DNA of 64,000 nucleotides from Gordius albopunctatus (Eukaryota). The stretch is from assembly GCA_964276515.1 (NCBI GenBank), contig OZ193909.1:16864001-16928000 (forward strand), given 5' to 3'. Made by a program: the position numbers and the translations under genes. This document shows, one piece after another, positions 14,349 to 25,897 of the stretch. The notes under the pieces are model-generated. The model was given only the letters and a program-made list of their open reading frames with translations. It did not search any database and was not told the DNA's origin. How positions within the stretch are numbered: position 1 is the stretch's first letter; each line of letters starts with the position of its first letter.

Positions 14349-17300
14349 ATGAGTTACAAGCCACCTACCCTAATTTCGTATGAAAATTCTTCAGAAGATG
14401 AAGATACTATAAAGGATAAAGCTGTCCATAGTTATTATTCTCGTACAGTATTTGAAACCAATATTGATGAAAATAACATTTTACAAGTGACAAGCATTAA
14501 TGAAAGTTCTTTGACAAATGATGTATGTACATCACCTAGATCTCAAGCTTTAATTGATGGCAACATGTTTGAGAAAAGGATGTTTGATATTAATTTGAAA
14601 TCATCAGAAAATCCTCTTACAAATGATTTTGAATATACTGAAAATAATAATTCTGATATTAAAAGTTATGAAGAGATTATTACTCCAACCAAACATAAAA
14701 GTGCAAGTGTTTCATCAGAGAGAATAAAGTTTGATATATCTGGTAAATAATATATTTTCCTTTGTATCGTATTAAATCTAATATTATATTTTGCTTAGAT
14801 TCAGATAAAGAAAACAATGAAATCATCGATAATCTTCAAAATACCACTAGTAAGTTTTAAAAGCATAACATATTTTAATAATAAAACTATTAAATAATAT
14901 TATGCTATGTATAAATACATAAAACTCTACAACTTTAAAAGCTTGTTATGTTAGGTATTTTTTTAATATCAAATAATTTGCCTTTCCTACCTAAATTATT
15001 AAATATTAACTTAAAAATTATCTTATCAATGATTAACATTAGGTTGTCACTTTCTCATGATTTTTTATATGATCAAAAAATATTTATTGACCCCTCTAGG
15101 CTATGTTTGTTTAGATAAATTATCTTTAAAAAAGCTATTGACCTGGAATATTTTCCTGCATCAATTTTTATGGGCAAATCCTTTTAATTTTTTTGAGGAT
15201 GTCCACATATATTTATGTTATATTTAAAACAAAAGGGCTTAATAACTAGATGTTTATGTTAAAAAAAACTTGACTCTTCCATAAAAGATTAAGAATGAGC
15301 CAAGGCTTTTAGTTGCCCTTTTTTATCAAAGTACAAAGTAGGTAGCTATTTATATTTTGATTTCTGAAAATAACTTGTAACATTAGTTGACACTTGGAAT
15401 TTCATAAATGAAACCTTTATAAAAATTCCTGGTTTTGATTATCGCGTGGGTAGAACGTAAGAAAAAGCCCTCCTCGAGGAAAAACGAAATGACTTCACTC
15501 AAGCGCCTCGTTTCTTACGGCGAGGGCGCAGGTGATACCACGATCCACGACGACGAAGACGAAGAAGAATCACCCTCAGGATCTTCTTCACCCCCCGACG
15601 ACTCGTCACCACCCCCCGCCGCTGCCTCGCCTCTTCCCCTATCTCAACGCGATCGCATCTTAGCGAGCGCCGAACAACAGCTGATAGAATCAACGGAAAT
15701 CCTCAAACACGAAGTACAAATGGCGAAATGCCGTAAAGAAATTGAGCTTTATTTATAAAAATGTGTTGTTTTTTATTAATAAAAATTCCAAAAAACATAG
15801 CAAATACATTATATATACGCCTTTCTTTTTTAATTAAAATAACATGCTAAATACTTAATGGTTAATAAATATCCTTTCTTTTCCCATAGTTTTGCCTATA
15901 AATAGCTAATGCTAAGTTTTATTGATAGTTATTTTTAATATTTGGAATGATAGGCGGGTCTGATTTTTAATCGTTTAAGCCTCCAATGATATAAATGCAG
16001 TATAGCTGTTTGTTACACTTGGTGGTCAGTTTTTTTAAAGATTGGATTAGGCACCATGCCTGGCTATTTGAATATGTAAAATATTTTCAATCTTAGTGAT
16101 AAAAAGTTTTGTATTTTAAAGATAAAGCCTATACCTTTCTGACCCTATTTAAACTGTTTGTAACAGTAAAAATGAATAATTTTGGAGCTTGCAGTTGTTG
16201 AATAACATCTAATGGTTATCGTTAAATGCCTACTGAATATTATTTCTACATTTATTTGACACTTGGCTAATATATTTGTGATGTATAAACCTAATTCTAT
16301 AGTTTTAACTTTAATAAATTAAAATATTTCAAATTTTATTCATTTTTAACCTTGTTGTTATAGGTGGAAGAAGTTGACCAAATTGAAGTTAACGAGATAA
16401 GGCCTCCGCCCCCTGCGCCATCCGTTGGCAGGAATCGTGACACATCTGGCAATTGGTCCGATTACATTTTTGATGAAGACGAGGGGGATAACTTCGGTAC
16501 ATTTAAATCGATATCATTCTTAGCCTTAGAATAATTTTGCAGGGACTTAATGATTAACTGTATAGGGGTATTGATAATGCGCCTTAATAATTGAATACTC
16601 TCAAGGAAATCTATACATATACATGATAATGCGTGCTACCTGAGAAAAAATGTCAAAAGAATGGAATAACATCATCAATTGCTTATTGATGAATCAATCA
16701 ATTTACGTCTATAGATTTGCCGTTTTGGTAAAAGTAGTTTAAATTTTAACAACATAATAAAGGATTATTAATTATAACTATTTTAAAACTGTTTTGGCCA
16801 TAACATAACTAATTTATTTTTACGCTAATATATCGTCTGCTTTGTTAAGTTGTGCATGGTAGCCTTGTTTATGTTTGGTAGAACTATTAAATACCCTTAT
16901 CCCATTGTAATGAGTTGTGCCATTTTATTCATTGCAAACGCGCTTAAGCAAATTTCTATCTAATAAAAGATGTATTTAGCTGATTTAGTTTTGTATAAAA
17001 AATGCTTGTTGGTGAAAAATGTTTATTAAATTTTTTATAATGGATTATTTCTATTACAATTTAAACAATGATAAGTTTAAATAATCAAACTCAATGATCA
17101 ACAAAAATTTGATTCATAGAATTTTAAAATTACGGATTGGACTTACGCTTAAAAAACTAATTTTGGATCGGTAATTTATTAATTACCTGTAAATTCTCAT
17201 GTTTGATTAAACGTCAACACCTATTCCCTATAAACAAAGGCGTGGGGGAGTTGGACAAAGGCGAGGGGGCCACGGAAGATGGAGTTTTTTCCCTTCAAAC

Positions 17301-20300
17301 CGATGCCTCCACCGCTCTACACACATCAACCTCCGCCGTTTCAACTGGCGCTCAGCCCAAAGACCCAGCAGCCACAGGTTCAGAAATTTTGCTAGATCAA
17401 TTCGGAAACCCCATAACTCAAGCGACCCTCACAAAAGCACCTCGAGTATTTTGGGACCCGCTCGGTCCGGTCTGGTCTTTAGCCGCGGGCCTACAGAAAA
17501 TCTATGGCAACGACCCGACCTCCATCGAAAGGCCCGTAGACGAGTTGTTGTCCGAACCGCCAGGGCGCTGTTCCGAGGCGCTTCAAGCTAAATTTCGCAC
17601 TTTTTACGAAAGAGCTGCACGAGAAGCCCGCTCCGACCCGAACGCCTTTAACGCTGTTGACGGCTCCGTTAATGCAGGTTTGTTAAACATTCCCTATTAT
17701 TTTGAGTTAAAAACGCTAGATGTTAAAGTTTTTAATGACTGAAAACTTGGCGGGCCCTCTTACATCGTTATGACACTCTTACAGTTTTACTATTAAACAA
17801 ACCAAATCTGTGCAAGTTATTTTGGAATTTTATATATAGATTCGGGTAATGTGTATTTAAATTGAAAAAAAATTCTCAAAATTTTCAATATAGCCTTTTT
17901 TTATATTTTTTTTGCAAATTTGTAGTGAAATGAATCTTGTGATAATTTTAAACCAATAAGTTAATTGTATTGGGTTACCATAAACGATTAGTTGCCATAT
18001 AATGATTCTTAAAATTAAGGTCGTCGATTTTGTGTTTGTCAAGTTTTCAGGGTGAAATAATTTTTGTAGATAAAAATAATTAACTTTATTTCGTTATCAT
18101 AAAAACGGTTAGTTGCCCTATTCGACCTAAAAAATCAACCTAAATCCCTTATTTAACGATGCCAGGCTCTTCGCTCGACATGAACGCGGTGATATGCGAC
18201 AACAAAGCCTTTCGCAACCCGAGTATCTACGAAAAGTTGTTGCAGTACTGCGACATAGACGACAGCGGCACAAACGCTATTCCCGACCCAGCCTATTTTG
18301 CCTCCCCCACCCCGGGCGTCAAAAAGCGTGACGCTCCCGACTCCAAAGGCGGCATTTACAACGTCAAGCGTGCTACCGGGAAACGCTTGTGGGCGGCAGC
18401 TTCGTTTTACGAAGAGCTGGCGCGTGCCCAAAAGGCCGAGATGGAACGTTGGGAAAAGGAACGCACGATTCAACGCTCTGCCCTTAACGCTGCCGCTCCC
18501 ACTTGCGCCACAGCCTCTTCCTCGGTCAGCCTGCCTACCATCAATAGCGCTCCACCCGTTACGGGCGCCCCCGTAATCGGCACTAGCGCCAGCGTTTCTA
18601 TCCACGAGCGCTCTAGCGTCAAACTCGAATTTCGAAAGGTAACACACGGCTAATGCTCGCTAACCTGTCATTTTCAGTATTGCCATCAAACAACCATATT
18701 TATCTAGTAATTTATATTATAATTCCATTAGTGTCATGTGGTCGGAATGAAGGTTTATGTCCTTTTTTTTCTTTTAGGCGAATTCCTGACTAAATAATTG
18801 AGGCGACGTTAAATAATATAGGCGCAACCAGCTATGCTTAATGTAAAATAATAATTAACATGACTTTAGCCTAATAAGTACTAGTTGCCTTGCAATAAAT
18901 TTGTAATTGGCGCTAACGAATTTCGTCCACGAATTATGAATACTTTGTGGAAGTAATTTATGGCGTTTATAACGTATTCGGTCTAAGTAAAACGAAATGA
19001 GAATCGTTATAATATTTTTTTTTATATAAATTGGATGCTTTGGTGATTTGCATAGACCATTTTAAACTTGGTCCTTGAAAGGCGATATTTTTTCGGGTTA
19101 ATTCCATTTTGCAGAATTTTCCCTTTTAAAACCCATTCAAACTTAAAATCAACCAAAACTGATATTGAAATGAGAACAAAATTATAAATGCATTTAAAAA
19201 ACGTTGGATCTTATGGTTTTGCAAAATATTTTTGATAAATAGATGCACTTTTTGGGGTTTGCATGGGCCGGCCCGCAGGTCCAAGCCCGGCCCGCGGGCC
19301 GTGCCGGGCCTAAAATAGAGCAATCAAAAAGTGCGGGTCGGGCTTGGGCTTTGAAAAGTATAAAAATTGGAATTTATTTAACTATACTAACAAAAAAATT
19401 CACTAATTAGTTTAACAATATAAAAATTTAGTGCTGTAAGTGAACGCGTTCAAATTTTATGAACGCGTTCATGAACGGCGTTCTTTTATTTTTTGGTGAA
19501 CTTTGAACGTGAACGCGTTCCTTTTTTGATGAACGCGTTCGAATTTAACGTTCGTTCAATTTTAAAAACCCTTTTTTGTTTTTATTTATTTGAAAATTGA
19601 TGTCAATCCAAATTTTTAACAAAAAAGTATTATAATTTTTAATCAGCTGTTTTTACTGTTTCTTATTACCAATTCCGAAATACTTTTAACATACTATAAC
19701 GTGCAAAAGAAGATAAGATTAAAGTTAATTAGTTTGATATTATTAATTATAGTTTAATTTATAGGTTAATATGGACAATCATAATATTATATCGTCGTCA
19801 TCTTCAGATTCTGAATATTCAAAATCAGCAGATGAATTGAAATTGCCATGGCCAAAATATGAAAAATATTTTTCACTCGTTTCATAAAAAAGATCAAATT
19901 CAATAATTAAAATGAACCTATAAAGAATAAACTTTTAGTGTTATTGAAACCCCTAGAATTGATAATGAATGAGCTGTCAATTCCGAGATATCATTTTTTG
20001 GCGAGGAAGGATGATATCTTGTCGCAATTTTTTGAAGCGAGGGACAAAACATTAAAAGTTTTAATAAATTTCCTCTGAAAAATTTGTTTATTAAGTATAA
20101 TACTCCAATCCCCTCATCTTCCCCTGTGGAGCAGGTTTTTAGTATAGGTAATGCTGTATTAACTGCCAAGCGTTCCTGCTTATCAGAAGACAATTTTGAA
20201 AAACAATTATTATTAAAAATAAATAAGAAAATAGATTATATTGATTTATAATTATATTGTCGAAATAAATACTATTATTGTTTATCATGGCTATTTATTG

Positions 20301-22180
20301 TATTAAAAAATATACGACATTTATTTATATTAAATTAAACTTTAAAAAAATGTATCATAAAATTTTGAACGAACGTGAACGCGTTCCTTTTCTTTTTAGA
20401 CGAACGTGAACGTGAACGCGTTCGATTTTTTTACAAATGTTTACAGCACTAAAAATTTAATTTTCCGAACAACGATCTGGTGGAAATCATTATGTTAAAA
20501 ATGATAAAATAATCAGTTTTTTATCTGGCAAAGATTTATTGGAAAACTTGAAGACATTTCCATAAAACATATCATGCTATTAATTAATATGCTTTCACCT
20601 TATGAAAAGGCAAGTATCGAGTTAGAAGCGCATAAGACACCAACACTCTATAAAATATTATCCTTTTATAAAAAGCATCGCAAATTTGTTTCCAATGATG
20701 ATCCTGTTGCCTTAAAGATCTACAAATTGAAGTCAAGAGCCCAAACTATGCTAATTTCAAAGTCAAATATCGATATTTATCGTAAAATATTAACCTTTCT
20801 AGTTTCTTAGTTTAGCTCGTTAGCTACCCGAATATTGAAAAAGCTTCTAAAAAAACTATGTTAACAGATTTTGATGATTTAAGAAGATCGTGGCTCTTGA
20901 ATAGATCTTCTTGCATAAGTCGTTCAACCTAAAGTGATCCAGCTTAGGTGGGCAACACTAAGGAGTTCATATTTTCTATTTGGGACGATGATGAAACGGG
21001 GAAAAAACCTGAAGATGCTAAGCTAGATGTAATTATATGGTGGAAAGAACACCAACTTATGCTACCAAACTTAACAAAATTAGCTGGTCAGTTTTTGTCA
21101 ATTCCAGCCAACAATTCTACGTGTGAACGCACATTCAGTAAGGCAAGTCGCCTTATAGCACAGAGAAGAACGAAATTATTGCCTGATAAAATAGATGGTC
21201 TATTATTTTTAAATGACAATATTAAATTGTAATTTTTAATTAAAACCGATTTTATTTGCTATAGCTAAATTATTTTTTGAACAATACAAAATACTTTTTA
21301 TAAAAATAAATAATTTTGAAACAACGTATACTTGTTTTTACTCGTGCGGGCCTGATGCGGCGCAATTTTTTAGATTTTTTGCGGGCCGTGTACGGGCCAA
21401 AAGAAATATTTGTGCGGGTATGGGCCGGGCCTGAACCTAAAATTTCGGCCCATGCAGACCTCTAGCACTTTTTACCTAATCAATAACTTCTTTGTATAAT
21501 CGACATTAATTTGGTTGAATCGGGGTACTTTTTAATTTAATATGTATATAAATTGTACATAAACAATAATAGACTTATAAAATCAACCGGCAAACTGTTT
21601 GTAGATTATGGTATAGTTTTTCGCGGTGAAAACGAATATATTTTACATTTTTTCCGTTTACGTCAGGTTTTTAAAATATATATTGTAAAAGTTGCTAAAT
21701 TTATCAATTTTGGCGTTTTTTAAACGTCAATAACTTGCAAATTAATCGGATATTTTTTAATTTAATTGATTTGATTTATAAATAAAGGGGAAATAAATCC
21801 ATTTCAGAATTTTTTTATCCTAGCCTAAATAATTTTCGAGTTGTACACAGAATTAGTAGTTTATCCCTCTTTTATTATAATATACCGCTTATACCAACCT
21901 ATAGCTTTACATTGAATCATTTAACCGTTTGTAGACGGTAGCAGAAACAACCAGTTCCAAAAAGAAGAGAAGATCTGGAAGTCCGGAAAAAGAAAGATCG
22001 CCCTCTTCTCGTTCTCCCGGTAAAGACAATTACAGCGCCGCCTTTAACAATCCTTTCGGCATTACTCCTTCCACCCTACAGAACGTTAAGACGCGAAAGA
22101 GTAAATGGGACAAGCCCGTTCAAGAAGAATCAACCGCTTGCGAAACATTTGAACCCGCGCGGTCTTATGTCGATTCTTAA
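14349..22180 (+). CDS. SAP30BP: SAP30-binding protein (HCNGP family), 7 coding exons, ~664 aa
   Basis: Exons 14349-14742, 14799-14849, 15454-15713, 16364-16496, 17240-17677, 18166-18638, 21935-22180; all GT-AG and in phase (1995 nt). Family motifs: EPPGRCSEALQAKFRTFYER, DMNAVICDNKAFRNPSIYEKLLQYCDIDDSGTN, SFYEELARAQKAEMERWEK, KLEF, and C-terminal RKSKWD. Exons 1-2 are less certain than exons 5-7. Confidence 0.9.
19253..21464 (+). mobile_element. Internally deleted hAT transposon in SAP30BP intron 6
   Basis: TIR (T)GGGGTTTGCATGGGCCG / CGGCCCATGCAGACCTCTA; TSD GCACTTTT; GGGCCG subterminal repeats. ORF 20948-21232 is a hAT C-terminal dimerisation domain (WWKEHQ..PNLTKLA..LSIPA....CERTFS.A). Confidence 0.9.
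19430..20450 (+). mobile_element. Second hAT derivative nested inside the first
   Basis: TIR AGTGCTGTAA / TTACAGCACT; TSD AAAAATTT; GAACGCGTTC subterminal palindromes. Remnant N-terminus (..LPWPKYEKYF) and C-terminus (KYNTPIPSSSPVEQVFSIG...KRSCLSEDNFEKQLLLKIN). Confidence 0.85.
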
Positions 22181-25143
22181 TCATTAATTATGTCGCCTTT
22201 TTATCGTTTCAATTGAATTTATTTGTATAATATATTATTCTATTATTGATATGTACCTATACTTGCTACCATTACACATGTCACTGTGAAAAATGACGAT
22301 TATTTCGTTGTGCTTCTTGTTCAAGCTTGATAATTCGTGTAAAGATTTATTTTGATTAGTATAAGGGGCGAGAAGGTGTTTTTGCCAATAATTTAGTTTT
22401 TTTGTTTTAAATAAATTAAGGCAAGAATAAAATTTTACAAAATTCGTTTATATCGCTTCCTAATATGATATGTTATAAATTTAATTTTAAATGCCTCATA
22501 CCGACCTTGATTTTTTTGTATCGTTAGTATATAATAAATTACCTTGAGAGTGAAGGATTTCGCATGGGTCATACGAATTGCAAAGCTTGCTCAGAAATAT
22601 AAAGTATTGCACTCATTATGGCCTATGCGCGATTTCATTTCAATACATCTGGCAAATGCTTCTAGTTTAGAAATTTATTTCCCTCCATGGAGCTAGCCCG
22701 TCTCCTCTTGATCTATCCATATCATATTATCATCTAAAATATGGTTTTAGGTTTAGAAACCATCTATTTTGGGCACTTTTATAATTCGAAGGTTTATTTT
22801 AAATCTATGGGCTGGCTTATTTCTCAAACCACAGATTATCATCTCCAGTAGCCTAGGGAGAATCGCCGAAAGCATTTGCGTAGCTAGGGAGGGGCCAAGC
22901 CCCCCCCCCCAAAAAAAAAAACTCAAGCCATAATTTAATATAATTTGATTGATAGTTTAATTTTATTCGTTATAAAATAGTAATTTTTTTAATTGAGACT
23001 TATATTAAATTTCCGTTTTGTTAGCAATGAAAAAAGGCGGTTAATAACTCATTTTTAAAAGCTCAAAACAACGTCTTAAAGCAAATCTGGGTATGTTATT
23101 TGGGATTGGCACAATACCAAGTTGTTATAAATACAGTCGCTAATATTTTTTGATTACCAGTGGATTTTACAAAAGTTAACATTTTTCATTTCACTCTATC
23201 GGTTGCATTTTGGGATTTAATTGATTTGTATAAACTTCCCATACGCCACATAATTTTGGGTATCCATATAATCTTTTTAATTACATAGTTTCGCAGTTAT
23301 TGCATTTTTCATAATAAATAAAATTTATTTTATTTCGGATAATTTGCGTGCGAGCTTTTCCACTAAAGGTAACAACGGGTCGAGGAGGGCCTGTAATATA
23401 ATCTAGAGTGATCGGGCCATGTAAAGAAAGTAAGGCCCACGAGCCCGTTACAAAATTATGTCGATTTTTTGTGTATTATAAAGGATAAACAAATGGGGGG
23501 GGCGAAATCTTTTTAGGAAAAGTTAAATAAAATTAGTGTAATTTTTAAATTTGCCCTCAATCCGTAAAAAACTCTTAATTTATTAACAAGGATAAGACAT
23601 GGGCTAGCCTGGATATTGGGGAATATGGAATGTTTAAACGATTTTTTTGTTTTCAATAGTGGTAAAGGAATAAGTGCGTCATTGTCCGCTGAAAATAACG
23701 TTTGTAAGATTTATATACAAAATATTTTGGATACACGACACTGTACAAAGAGTTTAAGAGTCGATTTTCTTGAAATCATTTACACTTTATAAAATATTTG
23801 ATGAATATCGCAAAGCCCACCATGACAACAGCTTCTTATTTTCACATTTAACCCTCCAGAATACTTATCAAAATCTCAATCTTGGGGAGACTTATGGGGT
23901 ATAGTGTGTAAACCCTATTCTTAAAATGGCCTAACTTTAACACTTCCCAACCGAAGCATTTTATATAATATACACATCGTTGGATGAAGGCCCATATCCT
24001 ATTTCAAGAGCAATAACATAAATCATCTAATTAAAAAAGGCAACATTTTTGTCGTCAAAATCTTCATTTGGCCACATATTTGGTGGATCTCACTTACAGT
24101 AAACTCAGGAACAAATTAGCTGATGACAATTGTGGTCATAAGACACAATTTACACCTTATCAACCGAATAAACCAACTCGATTATTATGCAATATCATTT
24201 TCAGATTCTACAGGTGAAGATCTCGAAAAAAATGAATCAGTGCGGATAACGTTCATCTGTTTATAATTATATACATAAATAGCTCAAACATTTTATATGC
24301 ATTTATAAAATTATTTAACCGTTTGATATAAATCTCTCAGTGAATCTTTTTAAAATCTTAAATGTGTTTTCTTTACTCTTTAGTGTTTTTATTATTTATG
24401 AGTTGTTGTTTTACCCTACATGGGGTTATTTTAAAATTCTATTATTTTCCCATTATTTCCAAACTCCTTGGAGATTTGACCTCTCTAGTGCCAACGTAAA
24501 GATAACAAATTGCTAACTTTCTTTAACTCCAGCTACCATCTGCTCGGCCCTCGAGCATTTTTATATGCTACTGCTCTGCCTAGTGCACCAAAAGCGAGCA
24601 CATATTGTGCTAACGCGCATATTAAGCAACTCAGGGTGCGTGCTCGCGTCTGCAGCTTGAAGAAAGTTAGCAATTTAACAACTCTACTATCAAGTATCTT
24701 AAGCAAAAAATAATACCCTTTTTCCTCTTTATAGGGAATATTTACTGAAATAGTTCCATTTATTTGTTATTTTAAATGATGAAATAAGTGTTGTCATTCT
24801 GATTTTTACAGTTGATAAATTGCTCGTGTTAGCAATGCTAATTATGTGCTATGCTCGAGCACACTGAGCTATTTAATATGCTCGTTTAGCACAATGAGTG
24901 CTCGCTGTTCGGTGCAATAGTTTTAACAGTAGCATGTAAAAATGCTCGAGAGGTTGGTCGAAGAAGCGAAATCTGTTAGAGCATTGAGCAGTGAAATCGA
25001 GCAGTTAGGAGATTTGATCGCTATTTGCTAAAATTACAATTTTGATCATATTATATATCATAAATAAGTTGAACTTTGCCCCCCCCCACCCCTTTCAACC
25101 GCCCTTAATTCTACCCTTTTTCTCACCAGGGGGCAGAACTTGG

Positions 25144-25345
25144 TAGAGTTGTTAAATTGCTAACTTTCTTCAACTCCAGCTACCATCTGCTCGAGTTTCT
25201 GCTCGGTCCTCGAGATTTTTATATGCTAATGTTCTACCTAGTGCACCGAACAGAGAGCACATATTGTGCTAACGCGCATGTTAAGCAACTCAGTGTGCGT
25301 GCTCGCGTCTGGAGTTTGAAGAAAGTTAGCAATTTAACAACTCTA
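25144..25345. mobile_element. hAT-type MITE (TAGAGTTGTTAAATTGC family)
   Basis: Long TIR TAGAGTTGTTAAATTGCTAACTTTCTTCAA; TSD GAACTTGG. It sits inside a related older element (~24809-25369). Other copies at ~24508-24686, ~31203-31339 and ~6753. Confidence 0.9.
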
Positions 25346-25897
25346 GAACTTGGCAATTTAACATCACTACTGATTTTAACTTAAATAGGCTTAAAACAAT
25401 AAACTGCTGCCAAATTTTATACTTTGATATAATTTGATGAATAAATTAAAGGCGGGATTGAAATACTGATGAGTTTGCAATCTGTTTCAAATGCACCGCT
25501 CTCAATAATCTCATTTTTAAATTTGTTGTAAAAAGATTGGGGTTTTATTAAATAGGAGATGTATTTTTTTAATAATTAATTTGTTCGAGATCAAAGAAAA
25601 GCTTTGGTTATGGCAATCTTGTAAAATTTATATTTTCAATTTTTTTTAACTCAAAAGCTTTTAGAGTTTTAAACAAGATTATATAACATTCTCGCCTCTC
25701 TTCCAAAAAAACTTGGCATTAAAACAATTAAAAAACATAAATAAATTTCGAAATTTTTTAGAACATTAGGAATAATGTTGGCATATGACATGGTGACAAG
25801 AAAGGCCAAACTTCCTGCTATGCAAAAGTTTTTGTCGTGAGAGCGCCATTCATATTATAAAATTGGCACTAATATAGTTATATCTTCTTCTTCTTTA

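Noticed and set aside
18153..18647. 164-aa minus-strand ORF, and similar antisense ORFs at 53392, 58637 and 60845
   Set aside because: Antisense shadows of GC-rich exons, which contain few stop codons.
19440..19560. GAACGCGTTC, GGAACT and CGAGA short repeat arrays as CRISPR-like arrays
   Set aside because: Irregular spacing, no unique spacers, eukaryotic context; they are hAT subterminal repeats.
23658..24260. Possible upstream exons of the trypsin-like gene (NCGHK...PTRLL)
   Set aside because: Weak zymogen-like resemblance only; no IVGG motif and no consistent splice chain.
24510..25384. Paralogous MLTFFNSSYHLL ORFs as a small gene family
   Set aside because: They lie within copies of a MITE with TIRs and a TSD.
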